Notes: a model not told the origin generated them from the letters alone. A DNA stretch of 64,000 bases from an uncultured virus (IMG/VR IMGVR_UViG_3300028886_000081) (IMGVR_UViG_3300028886_000081); one strand, 5' to 3'; shown: positions 51,407 through 62,067, counted from the first letter of the stretch. Numbers and translations: made by a program.

Positions 51407-51922
51407 ATGGAAAAGGTAACAGCATACAAGGCAAATAACGGACGTTTATTCGAGACAGAGGAAAAATGTCTCGCATACGAGAAAAAGTTGTCTCAATATC
51501 CGAAAGTAAAAGAAGAAACAACTAAATCTTTGACATATGGGGATATAGTGATGCATACTAAAAAAATAAAAAAGTCCCCTAATTCAGATTTAATCAAGGA
51601 AAAGTATTTCATTGTCGGTGACAAATATAAATTCATGGATGAATTCAGTCAGCATGAACATTCCGTTATGAACTCCATACCGACTAAGATAATTCCGATG
51701 GCTTGGTATCTTGCATTCAGACATTTTGCAGAAATGATATTAAACGGAAATGAATTGACAGATAATCTTGTAAAAGAGGAAATAGAAAAGATAAACGATT
51801 TCAATGAAATAAAACTTAGTTATGAGATAATTGAACCCAACAGAAAATGGAAAATAGACAATCCGAAATGGAAAAGCGGAGCAGTAGCACCACACACATT
51901 CACAATGGAAAAAATTGACTGA
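51407..51922 (+). CDS. Hypothetical protein
   Basis: 171 aa ORF. Confidence 0.8.
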   Translation: MEKVTAYKANNGRLFETEEKCLAYEKKLSQYPKVKEETTKSLTYGDIVMHTKKIKKSPNSDLIKEKYFIVGDKYKFMDEFSQHEHSVMNSIPTKIIPMAWYLAFRHFAEMILNGNELTDNLVKEEIEKINDFNEIKLSYEIIEPNRKWKIDNPKWKSGAVAPHTFTMEKID

Positions 51923-52309
51923 TACAAAGAATAATTGTCATAATCAAAAATTCATATCGTTTCATTTAGAGCGTACTTGCTTGTGATAAGTGGGTACGCT
52001 CATTCTTTATATATCCGCTACTAAAAAATTATAATATATGTACGTGACGGAGTCAAAACTTTAAGGTTCTACCCTTACCATCTTACCTTTTGTTTGGTAC
52101 TGCAAAGTACGGCATTTTTTCTGATATATGCAAGTTTATCCTAATCTATTTTAATTCAGTTAACATTATTTAACCGGTAATATCGTGGAATGTTAAATAA
52201 TCTTTATATAATAAAAATAAATTGATTTTTATTTGGTAGTTATATAAAAAAGTTATACCTTTGCAACAGATTTAGAAAACAATATGAATTAATATAAATA
52301 AATAAGGTT

Positions 52310-54739
52310 ATGGCAACAAGCAAATTTTTTGAGCAGATTAAGAGTTCAGTAATTGAGAGAGAAGTAGAGGACGTATATAACAAGGGTATTTCATTATACT
52401 TTGTTGAGGATATCAAGCACCCATTCGCGTGTGACGGACTGATAGATACCAAAACAGAGAACGGTAAAATGCTTAAACTTATCATTGAGTATAAGTTCAA
52501 TGAGATGATGACTTCAAAGTTGGCTCGTTCAAAGGTCATTGCACAAGTTCTTTTCTATCTTAAGCGTTTTGAGAATGAAGGTCTTACTTTGCCTAATGTA
52601 TGTTTGGTCGGTGACATTGACGAGTGTTTCTGCTTCCATACAAATGACATTCTTTCCTATCTTGACGAAGATGTGGATTGGAGTCTCGCTCCGTCAGCAG
52701 CATGGACTTGCACAGACTTGGTAATGAAACTTGTCAACGATGAAAATCTAAATCCTTATATTTTTGATATTGACGAGAATTTCTCGTTCAAGGAAGTTGC
52801 AGAGAAAATCAAGTCACTTGCCGATAATGTTCAGCGTTATGTACGTGTGACAGAACACAATATTTCAAACATCTTCGACTATTTCTGCAAAAAAGTAGTA
52901 AAGGATGTCGAGAAAATACAGCCTAATGACTTAGTAGCCATTTTCATGGGTGTTATCACTGATACTGACGAATATTATCAGCACCCTACAAAAAAGAATA
53001 TCTTGGTATGCAAGGAAGGCAAACAGATTAATATAAATGGTGACGGATTCAAGAGTTTCTTCTCCTACTTTAATAGAAACTATACTCCGCAAGAAAAAAA
53101 TAAGTTTGCAGAAATCAGTGACAGACTCATCGAAGATACCAACAGAAGAAACAAGGGAGAGTTCTATACACCGACTCCATTTGCCGACTATGCACATAAA
53201 TACATGGAAGAAACTTTCGGTGAGAATTGGAAGGAAGAATATGTAGTATGGTCTTGTTGCTGTGGAACAAAGAATATGACAAGAGACTACTATTTCAAGG
53301 AATTGTATTGCTCAACACTCGAAAATGCAGAACTGCAAATCGGTGCAAGATACAATAAGGAAGCAACTTGCTTTCAAATGGACTTCCTTAATGACGGAGA
53401 GGATAAAATGCCACAAGGACTGATAAACGCAATGAAAGAAAATAAAAAAATCATTTTCTTTATCAATCCACCTTATGCTACTGCAAACAATTTCGGTGAG
53501 TCTTCAAAAGCAGGTTGCGCAAAGACTTTGATAAATGAGGAAATGCTTGCCAACAATATGGGTGCTTGTTCACAGAACTTGTATGCACAATTCTTCTACC
53601 GCATAATGATGTTCAAGGAAAAGTATAACCTTACAAATCTACATATCGGATTGTTCTGCCCTACATTATTCTTAAGCGGAACATCTTACAAACAATTTAG
53701 AACTAAGTTTTTGAACGAGTTTTCTTTCAATAAGGGATTTCAGTTCAATGCAGGCTATTTTGCAAACTGCGCTTCTACTTGGGGTATCGGTTTCTCAATT
53801 TGGAATAGTGGTGTTTCTGCCGACAAGGAAAACTTTGTTTTTGACTTGGTGGACTTTGAGGGAGAGGAAATCGAAAAGGTTGGCGAAAAGATTGTCTATA
53901 ATGTTGATGGTGAAATAACTGCAAGAAGTTGGGCAGTTAAAGACGTAAAAAAACTAAAAACGAAAGATGTAGTAAACATGACAAGTGCACTTGTTGTTAA
54001 AAATGACGATAAGACAAGAGGAACTTTATTTGATAATGCACTTGGCTATTTCTACTGCAATTCTAATAATGTAGATAAAAATGCACAAAATGTAGGTATG
54101 TTTTCATCTGCTTTTGGAGCATCCAATGGTTTCGGAATTAATGAAGATAATTTCACAAAATGTACCGCTCTCTTCTCTGCAAGAAAGTTGATTGAAAAGA
54201 CTTGGATTAACTCAAAGGATGAATATCTCGCACCCAATGAGGAACACCCACAATATCAAGAGTTCGTAAACGATTCAATTGTTTATAGCCTTTTCCATAA
54301 TTCTTCAAATCAGTCCTCATTAAGACAGATTGATTACAAGGGTAAGAAGTGGGATATAAAGAACGAGTTCTTCTTCATGTCAAAAAATGAAGTTATGGAA
54401 TTGGCAAATGAAAACAATCTTGACTTTACCTACAATGACGCAAAAACTTCCTCTGACAGATACGTATATAACAAGTTGCAGAATATCACACTATCAAAGG
54501 AAGCACAAGAAGTTCTCGATAAGGCAATAGAACTTACAAGAAAATCATTCAAATACAGACAGATTTTCAATGAGGAACATACAGAATACCAAATACTGAA
54601 TTGGGATGCATCATACTACCAATTAAAGGCAATGTGGAAAGAATTTATGCCAAACGAATACAAGGAATTCACTGAATTGTTTAAGATGTTGGCTGATAAA
54701 ATGAGACCTATGGTGTACGAACTAAATTTCCTAAAATAA
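52310..54739 (+). CDS. Probable fused restriction-modification enzyme (type IIG-like): PD-(D/E)xK-like N-terminus plus N6-adenine MTase
   Basis: CDG..IIEYK..Q; GEFYTP; motif I-like WSCCCGTKN; catalytic NPPY. Confidence 0.75.
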   Translation: MATSKFFEQIKSSVIEREVEDVYNKGISLYFVEDIKHPFACDGLIDTKTENGKMLKLIIEYKFNEMMTSKLARSKVIAQVLFYLKRFENEGLTLPNVCLVGDIDECFCFHTNDILSYLDEDVDWSLAPSAAWTCTDLVMKLVNDENLNPYIFDIDENFSFKEVAEKIKSLADNVQRYVRVTEHNISNIFDYFCKKVVKDVEKIQPNDLVAIFMGVITDTDEYYQHPTKKNILVCKEGKQININGDGFKSFFSYFNRNYTPQEKNKFAEISDRLIEDTNRRNKGEFYTPTPFADYAHKYMEETFGENWKEEYVVWSCCCGTKNMTRDYYFKELYCSTLENAELQIGARYNKEATCFQMDFLNDGEDKMPQGLINAMKENKKIIFFINPPYATANNFGESSKAGCAKTLINEEMLANNMGACSQNLYAQFFYRIMMFKEKYNLTNLHIGLFCPTLFLSGTSYKQFRTKFLNEFSFNKGFQFNAGYFANCASTWGIGFSIWNSGVSADKENFVFDLVDFEGEEIEKVGEKIVYNVDGEITARSWAVKDVKKLKTKDVVNMTSALVVKNDDKTRGTLFDNALGYFYCNSNNVDKNAQNVGMFSSAFGASNGFGINEDNFTKCTALFSARKLIEKTWINSKDEYLAPNEEHPQYQEFVNDSIVYSLFHNSSNQSSLRQIDYKGKKWDIKNEFFFMSKNEVMELANENNLDFTYNDAKTSSDRYVYNKLQNITLSKEAQEVLDKAIELTRKSFKYRQIFNEEHTEYQILNWDASYYQLKAMWKEFMPNEYKEFTELFKMLADKMRPMVYELNFLK

Positions 54740-55167
54740 TAGCAAAAAGATAAAACCTTATTTATTATAATTCATATCATTCAGAACGTACCCGCTTGTG
54801 ATAAGTAGGTACGTTCATTCTTTTTTAACATTATTATACATTATCACTTTAGATTGTATAAAAAATATTAACCGAATGAAATTAATTGAACTGAAATTTG
54901 TATATGTCAGTAAATCTCACTACCTTTGTACCATGAAAATAATATTAAAGCAAAGGTGAAACTTTGAAGTATTGTCTCCGAAACATACATATATAACAAT
55001 TTTTTAGTAACTTAATATAATTTAATAGTATTATACAACAAATGTTAATTAATATGAAACACTTGAAAATAATTCATTTAAAATTTGTGTGAATTAAAAT
55101 AAAGCCGTACCTTTGCGACAGATTTAAAAACCAATTAAAGTTTAATCATCCTAATACATTATTTATT

Positions 55168-56283
55168 ATGGAAACAATTAATTTGAACGGAGAAAACAGC
55201 AGTGCTAAGGTACAACTCACTGAATCGGGAGCAAACAAGGTGGCATGGCAGCAGTTCGGTGTGGATTGCAAGAGTAACAACCTCAAGGATATTCATGATG
55301 TCATGAACTATGCCGACAAAGGACATATTAACTACAGCGTTAATGAAATGCCCTTGATGCGTGTTCCACAAGAACTGATTGACGCTATTCAGAGTGGGGA
55401 AACCTACGATTGGAATGATTGGAAACCTACCCTCAATGACATTATCAAAAGCCACAAGGCTACAATGAGAACGGACAGCGGTCAGAACTTAGGCATCGTT
55501 GGCAAGGGCTACGGAATCGTTCAGAATACCAAGGCTTTCGACTTCATGGACTTCATTAAGGAGGTCAGTGGAAACGAACCTAACATCGAGACCTTCGGAG
55601 CATTGGGCAACGGAGAACGTATGTTCATTACAGCAACACTCGGCGAGGATTGTTTCCTCAACCCCAATGACGCTATTAAGAACTACGTAGTTTTTACAAA
55701 CTCACATGACGGAACAGGTGGTGTCATGGCATTCTTTACGCCTATTCGCGTGATTTGTCAGAACACACTTAACATGGCTATCAGAGGATGTGCTAACAAA
55801 GTAGTATTCAAGCACACCTCAAAGGTGGAGGAACGTCTTGATTGGACTATCGAACGTAACAAAAAGATTGCCGCTGAATTGTTCAGCAAGAGCGTAAACT
55901 TCTCTAAGAAGTTCATGGACAATATGCTCAATCTGAAAGAGCAAAGGGTTACAGCAGAGGACGTAAGGGACTTCACTGCCAAAATGTATCTCAACGATAC
56001 ACAATTCAACCTCCTACAGAAGGCTAACCACAACCTCGATAAGGTAGAGGAAATCAGCACAAGAACCAAGAACCTTATTCAGCAACTGAGGGACACAACG
56101 GAATTCGGAGTAGGGCAAGAACAGAACAGAGGAACTAAGGTTTGGCTGCTCAACGGAGTTACGACTTATCTTCAGAACAGCAAGGGATGGCTCGGCAAAG
56201 AGCAAGAACAGTTCAACAGCCTTATGTTCGGAGAAGGACAGAAAAAAGTACAGAAGGCTTATGATATGCTCATGGCAGCATAA
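55168..56283 (+). CDS. DUF932/DUF945-type phage/plasmid protein
   Basis: LGIVGKGYGIVQN..ETFGALGNGER..NSHDG..TPIRVICQNTL..HT. Confidence 0.88.
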   Translation: METINLNGENSSAKVQLTESGANKVAWQQFGVDCKSNNLKDIHDVMNYADKGHINYSVNEMPLMRVPQELIDAIQSGETYDWNDWKPTLNDIIKSHKATMRTDSGQNLGIVGKGYGIVQNTKAFDFMDFIKEVSGNEPNIETFGALGNGERMFITATLGEDCFLNPNDAIKNYVVFTNSHDGTGGVMAFFTPIRVICQNTLNMAIRGCANKVVFKHTSKVEERLDWTIERNKKIAAELFSKSVNFSKKFMDNMLNLKEQRVTAEDVRDFTAKMYLNDTQFNLLQKANHNLDKVEEISTRTKNLIQQLRDTTEFGVGQEQNRGTKVWLLNGVTTYLQNSKGWLGKEQEQFNSLMFGEGQKKVQKAYDMLMAA

Positions 56284-56379
56284 TAACTAAAACATTAACA
56301 GGCTTACTTATTCAAAAATTCGTAAGCCTATTTTTATAATGTTAATGTAATAGGTTTTTAATACTAAATAATTAGCAAC

Positions 56380-56760
56380 ATAGGGGGTATAGGAGGACTA
56401 TCATACCCCCTCCCTATGTGTACCCCCCTCCGTAACCCCCCTCTCAGGTACTTAGTTTTTAGTAGTTCATATACGGCACACCGTTTCATCCGCATCCTTA
56501 CTAAAAAATTTCCAAAATAAAAATGGGGGTAGGGGTATTTTATTAAGGGGTTATTTCCAAAAAAAATTCCGGAAAAAAATTGACCTTATAAAAAATCATT
56601 TATTACATATTAAAAAAAAATTCCGGAAAAAAATTGACCTTATAAAAATCAGTCAATCTGAAAAAGATTAAACCAACGAAATAAATAAGAGGGGGTAGGG
56701 GTATTTTATTAAGGCTTTATTCCAAAAAAAAATTCCGGAAAAATTTTTTGATTTTTGAAA
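56380..56760. repeat. Non-coding G/C-run and A-tract repeat region
   Basis: An-TTCCGG-An x3 (56567, 56621, 56733); GGGGGTAGGGGTATTTTATTAAGG x2 (56525, 56691). Confidence 0.8.
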
Positions 56761-56822
56761 AATGGGTTTACAATCTTTTTGTCTGCTATTTATCATTAAG
56801 ATAAACGAATTGAATACATATT

Positions 56823-57329
56823 ATGTGGAAGAGTAAAGATAACATAATATCACGAATCGTAACTGAAACAATCAAAAACTATCTGAGAAGAAAGTATATG
56901 GTTAACGAACAGAAAAACAACGGGGTTATTGTATATCGTGGGATGGACAAAGAACATAACACAAATCAGAATGTATGGGTAACGGATTCCGAAGAGTATG
57001 CATTATATTGGGCTAAACAAGAATACAACAAAAATGGTATAGTATCAAGATATTTTCTGCCTAATGATGTTATCCGTGATTTATGCAATTCAAACGCTTT
57101 TGAGGAAATAATGAACGAGTATGATGCATGGCAAGAAATACCCGATGATTCACCGGTTTGGGAAGAGGGTGAAGATGCTGAACATGATTTAATGCACGAT
57201 TTATGTTTTCCTTCCAAGAAACAAATAGCGATATTAAAAGGAGAGGGGTATAAAGGTCTGATTTTCAAGTATACTGATGAGTGTTATTCTATTTTAATTT
57301 TTGACAGCAGAAACCTAAAAATAATATAA
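56823..57329 (+). CDS. Hypothetical protein with ISRIVTETIK leader and possible ADP-ribosyltransferase-like fold
   Basis: VYRG..VWVT..YA pattern; TATTTAT upstream. Confidence 0.6.
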   Translation: MWKSKDNIISRIVTETIKNYLRRKYMVNEQKNNGVIVYRGMDKEHNTNQNVWVTDSEEYALYWAKQEYNKNGIVSRYFLPNDVIRDLCNSNAFEEIMNEYDAWQEIPDDSPVWEEGEDAEHDLMHDLCFPSKKQIAILKGEGYKGLIFKYTDECYSILIFDSRNLKII

Positions 57330-57532
57330 GTCGGGACAACAGGTATATACTTCCCACAAAAAAAAGAGCGAACCGGATGGATTCGCTCATATATGTTCAA
57401 TTAATTTGATTTGTTCAAGAATAATGAACATATATAAAATCTTTGGTAAAAATCGCATTTTTTGATAAATTAACATTTTTTTCTTGTGTATTGTCTGTTT
57501 TCGGTGTATATTTGCACCAAAAAAAGGTTATT

Positions 57533-59443
57533 ATGTCAGAATTATCAGTAGAAGAAAAAGCAAGAAGGTTTGATGAGGCATTAAAGATTGCAAAAGACAA
57601 CTATGATGCTGTAATACAATGTGATAAAGATTGCACTTTTGCAAGAGACGGAATTATCAATACTTTTCATCACATGTTCCCCGAACTTAAAGAAAGTGAT
57701 GATGAGTGGATAAGAAAGAAACTAATTGAAGCCGTAAAAGGTGATATGGTTATTGGTGGTACAAAAGACAAACAGCTTGCTATTTCTTGGCTTGAAAAGC
57801 AAGCCGAGCATGCTAACTTTAGAAATAAAATTCAAGTTGGTGACAGGGTTACACGCAATGAAGACGGTGTTCTTGTAAATTTGTCTCAGCTTGATAGGGT
57901 TGCAAAACAAGGCAAAAATAATATGGGTATTTCTGAAGCTACTAAGCAAGAGTTGAAGGATAATCTTAATAAGGCTTTGGAAGAAGAAACCGCCGAATCT
58001 TGGAACGAATTTCTTGATGAACAGGAAACTGCTGATAAAATTCAGCTTGGCAAGAAATACAAGTGTATTGCTTCACCGAGATACACTGTGTTTATGACAG
58101 GTGATATATACAAGCCTGAAGATGAATTTCTTTGTAGTCTGATGAACTTCTGTTCTTATTGTTTCGTACCGGTAAAAGATGAAGAGCAAGAGCCTGTTGG
58201 TTATGTTGAACCGATAAAGTTCCATGTAGGTGACTGGTGCGTAGATAATGAAGATGGCACTATATTTCAAATAGTAAAAGTATTAGATAATAGCTATACC
58301 TATAAGACAAAAGACGGAAGCGAGTATCGTTGTCTGCATTATTCATTAGAAAATGATGCAAGGCTTTGGACAATTCAGGACGCAAAGGACGGTGATGTAC
58401 TTGCAAATAAATACGGTTCTGTTTTTATTTATGCAGGACTTAGAGAGGGTAATACAAATACTGTTGAGGATTATTGTTATATAACTGCAAACCACGATGA
58501 GTTTTCTGTAGAAGACCATAAAGCCGGATATTGGTATTATATTGATGAATTAAATCCTGCCACTAAAGAACAGCGTGACCTATTGTTCCAAAAGATGAAA
58601 GATGCAGGATATGAATGGGATGCTGAAAAGAAAGAATTAAGGAAAATTGAACCTAAGTTTCATGTAGGTGACTGGATTGTTTTTAACGGACTTACTCTGT
58701 ATGTCAAAGAAGTTGGTAAGAATTTCTATAGAGCATATCAGGATGATATACCGGATGGCTATTACTGGGATATAGACAATGTAGCAAGATTATGGACTAT
58801 AGAGGATGCAAAGGATGGTGACGTACTTACTTGTAATGATGATATGTTCAGTATCTGTATATTTTCACATTTTGACGGGATAAATGATAAATTTAGTTCT
58901 TTTTCATGTTATTGTGCCTTAGAAGGTGAGGGGTTAGGACAACAGTTGAATATTTACGGCTATCACGATGATAGTACAGGTTATGTTCCTGCAACCAAAG
59001 AACAGCGTGAAACACTGATGAAAGCAATAGATGATGCGGGATATACCTTTGACTTTGAGAAAAAAGAGTTAAAGAAAATTAAAGAGAAACCCATAATAAG
59101 TAATGTCTTAAAAACAGCATTTGATAAGTCAAGGAAAGACTATTCTCTTGAAGAGAAGGAAGAAGCATCAGATTATTCCGAAAGTATTATTCCGACATCA
59201 ATTGTTTATGGAGAGTCTGAAGAAGAGTATATGCTACATAAAATCATAGAAGCAGCATATATTACAGGTAAAAATTCAATACAGAACCATGCTTGGAATG
59301 AAGAGGATGAAGAGAATTTGCAAAAAGCAAGATTCTATGTTAACTACTATCAGACTCATGAAGCAGATTCGGAGGCAGCAGAATTGTGCGATAACTGGCT
59401 CAAATCCATCAGGGACAGATATACTTTGAAGTCAGATGCATAA
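57533..59443 (+). CDS. Modular family protein with two KFHVGDW/PATKEQR units
   Basis: Start MSELSVEEKARRFD; same units as 17177..20026. Confidence 0.88.
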   Translation: MSELSVEEKARRFDEALKIAKDNYDAVIQCDKDCTFARDGIINTFHHMFPELKESDDEWIRKKLIEAVKGDMVIGGTKDKQLAISWLEKQAEHANFRNKIQVGDRVTRNEDGVLVNLSQLDRVAKQGKNNMGISEATKQELKDNLNKALEEETAESWNEFLDEQETADKIQLGKKYKCIASPRYTVFMTGDIYKPEDEFLCSLMNFCSYCFVPVKDEEQEPVGYVEPIKFHVGDWCVDNEDGTIFQIVKVLDNSYTYKTKDGSEYRCLHYSLENDARLWTIQDAKDGDVLANKYGSVFIYAGLREGNTNTVEDYCYITANHDEFSVEDHKAGYWYYIDELNPATKEQRDLLFQKMKDAGYEWDAEKKELRKIEPKFHVGDWIVFNGLTLYVKEVGKNFYRAYQDDIPDGYYWDIDNVARLWTIEDAKDGDVLTCNDDMFSICIFSHFDGINDKFSSFSCYCALEGEGLGQQLNIYGYHDDSTGYVPATKEQRETLMKAIDDAGYTFDFEKKELKKIKEKPIISNVLKTAFDKSRKDYSLEEKEEASDYSESIIPTSIVYGESEEEYMLHKIIEAAYITGKNSIQNHAWNEEDEENLQKARFYVNYYQTHEADSEAAELCDNWLKSIRDRYTLKSDA

Positions 59444-60058
59444 ATGAAAACTGTATTAAAGAAGTTATCCGGTTTGTTGAACATACATGCTGATTCGAAT
59501 CAGAAGTGGTTGTTATGGAGCATGTTTTTTTCAGGTCTGTTATGTACATATGTTTCACCTTGTATTTCCAAATCCGTTATAACTCAGTTACCGGCTGAAT
59601 GGATTGCATTTGAGGCATTGTTCTCGTCTGTAGTCTGTCTCTTTATCGGTATTATATGGAAAGGTTGTTTCCGTCGTAGTATTATACGTCACTTTATTAT
59701 ATTCTGTATGGTTGAGTGCATGGCAGGATTTCTCATGTCCATGTATCTTGTATTTGTACATTATAATGTATGGGTTCTTGCTATAACTCAGCTGATATAC
59801 GGTAATTTCATCTGTACCCTTGTAGGTAAGTGCATTATGGCTTTTAAGGCTAAGCTGTGGATTGAGGATGAGAGAGAGGTTTATGACAACAACCTGAGTA
59901 TTGTTTCGGGAATAACATGTATTGTAGGTTTTGCGTTGGCTTTGGCGATGATGCCTTCACTGAAGTTATCCCTGTTTATATGGGGTATATGCTGTGTAAT
60001 AGATGATTTAGGTTGGATAATAGTATATCAGAAGAACAGTGAGAAGTTAAGGGAATAA
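59444..60058 (+). CDS. Multi-pass membrane protein (half-MFS-like)
   Basis: About six hydrophobic segments. Confidence 0.7.
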   Translation: MKTVLKKLSGLLNIHADSNQKWLLWSMFFSGLLCTYVSPCISKSVITQLPAEWIAFEALFSSVVCLFIGIIWKGCFRRSIIRHFIIFCMVECMAGFLMSMYLVFVHYNVWVLAITQLIYGNFICTLVGKCIMAFKAKLWIEDEREVYDNNLSIVSGITCIVGFALALAMMPSLKLSLFIWGICCVIDDLGWIIVYQKNSEKLRE

Positions 60059-60142
60059 GCTTTTAATGTTTTTTAACTTAATTTTTTTGGAGAAACTGTA
60101 TAAAAGATGTACCTTTGCAGTATTAAAACAGGAAAGAAAGTT

Positions 60143-60565
60143 ATGAAACAGGAAAATAAAGATTTATTATTAAAATACCTTTGTATGGCACAGCCTTACG
60201 GAGTAATATGCCAGTTCATTTGGACTTACAGTAACGAAACTACGGATGGAGAAGAAGTAATTGCTAACGAAGATGATAACATAAGATGTATTGACATTCA
60301 TACTAAAGAAATTCAGCCTGATTACTATGGGGAATGGGTTGATTTAGAACACTGTAAACCTTATCTTAGACCGTTATCTTCAATGAGTGGGGAAGAAAGG
60401 TTCAGATATGAGAGTTTATGCAAACTCAGACGTATAACAGGTCAGACTTATGAGGTATTCGATACAATTGACAGTATTCAATGGTTGTTAGAAAATCATT
60501 TCGACTTCATGGATTTAATTCCCAAAGGTCTTGCGTTGGAAACACCAGAAGGAATGTATAACTAA
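60143..60565 (+). CDS. KPYLRPxSSM-family hypothetical protein
   Basis: Family motifs; start MKQENK. Confidence 0.8.
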   Translation: MKQENKDLLLKYLCMAQPYGVICQFIWTYSNETTDGEEVIANEDDNIRCIDIHTKEIQPDYYGEWVDLEHCKPYLRPLSSMSGEERFRYESLCKLRRITGQTYEVFDTIDSIQWLLENHFDFMDLIPKGLALETPEGMYN

Positions 60566-60699
60566 AATTTGCAAAAAAATGGCTTATAGATATTTTCCTA
60601 TTGAATTTTCTTCTTATGAAGATTATATTAAATACCTCAAAGAAAAGGGTTTTGCTATTGAAGTAACTGAAGAAAACAATCCTTATAAGGAATAAAATT

Positions 60700-61188
60700 A
60701 TGATGAAAGAAGAAAAACAAAAAGAAAAGGAACTCTTGTTAAATGTGCTTAAGGATGGATTGCCTTATGGATTACAATTACAAATCACAGATGTTGATGG
60801 GTTCACCTTTAGTGGAGAGTTGCGTGTATTATCTAAGAATTGGTGCAGGTTAAATATTACTAATCCGGCTAAAAAAGCAAGGGTGAAAAATGAAACGATA
60901 CCATTAAACTACATTTATATCAAGCCATATCTTAGGTCAATGTCAAGTATGACTGATGAAGAATTTCAAGAACTTCATAATATATGTCCTCATTCAACCT
61001 TTAATAAGACTAATATCAGCACATGGGTAGTCGGGCTTGATGGCAGTGAATATGGTAGGATTACTCATCTAGATGAAATATGTGTTTTTATTAATTGGCT
61101 CAATGCCCATCATTTTGATTTTCACAACTTAATAGAGCGTGGGTTGGCAATAGAAGTAACTGAGGAAAATAACTCGTATAAAGATTAA
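60700..61188 (+). CDS. KPYLRxMSSM-family hypothetical protein
   Basis: Family motifs. Confidence 0.8.
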   Translation: MMKEEKQKEKELLLNVLKDGLPYGLQLQITDVDGFTFSGELRVLSKNWCRLNITNPAKKARVKNETIPLNYIYIKPYLRSMSSMTDEEFQELHNICPHSTFNKTNISTWVVGLDGSEYGRITHLDEICVFINWLNAHHFDFHNLIERGLAIEVTEENNSYKD

Positions 61189-61368
61189 AAAATATGTTAT
61201 ATCTACTGATATTTTATTGGATTTTTGCTGCATTATTTTGTTTTGGTGCAATATATAAAAGAGCAAAAAAAGACGGTAAGCCTATCATTGGGGTGTTTAT
61301 CGGTTGTTTAATGTTTGGAGGTATATTCTTTCCGATGTATCTTGGTAGAGGCTTAGAAGTGGATTAAT

Positions 61369-61824
61369 ATGGATAAAATCTGTACAAGTATAGAACAATC
61401 TCAAAAACTCGTAGAGTTGGGAATTGATGTTAATACTGCTGATATGCACTACTCTACTTGGACAATTTTGAATGACGGAGAATATATTTTATCTCCGAAT
61501 CAAGGACAAACAATAGAAGAACTACAAAAAGATTATGGGAATCAGGTTATTCCTGCTTGGAGCCTTACTGCTTTATTAAAATTAATAAAAAGTGAGATTT
61601 ATAACAAAACTATCCAGGGTGAGCCAGTAACATACAAGGTTGATTTTCGTAAATTCAAATTTACAGATGATATTGACTTGTATCAAATTGCATACGGCAG
61701 TATAAAATTTGATGTGGATGGCCAGTATTCATTTAGGGATATGATTAATACAGGTCAGAAAGAAGAGCCGATTGATGCAGCATTTCAGATGGTATGTTGG
61801 TTAAAAGAAAATAACAAAATATGA
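61369..61824 (+). CDS. EQSQKL/WSLTALL-family hypothetical protein
   Basis: Paralog of 13647. Confidence 0.8.
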   Translation: MDKICTSIEQSQKLVELGIDVNTADMHYSTWTILNDGEYILSPNQGQTIEELQKDYGNQVIPAWSLTALLKLIKSEIYNKTIQGEPVTYKVDFRKFKFTDDIDLYQIAYGSIKFDVDGQYSFRDMINTGQKEEPIDAAFQMVCWLKENNKI

Positions 61825-61857
61825 AAACATATACAGACATAGAACAAAGCAAGAAAT

Positions 61858-62064
61858 ATGAAAAAACCAACAATAAAAAGTCATAAACATAAATATAAAG
61901 TTGTTTTATATACTAAGTGGTTTGAGGTTCCAACATCATTATCTTGCGAACCGTTATTCAGTACTATTTATTTGGCGGCAGATAATGAAAATGAATTAAT
62001 TGAAAAAATTAATAAAAAATTCAATGGTCGGAAAGAAATTGAAAAAATAGAAAAGATATTATAA
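61858..62064 (+). CDS. Hypothetical protein
   Basis: 68 aa ORF. Confidence 0.6.
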   Translation: MKKPTIKSHKHKYKVVLYTKWFEVPTSLSCEPLFSTIYLAADNENELIEKINKKFNGRKEIEKIEKIL

Positions 62065-62067
62065 TAT

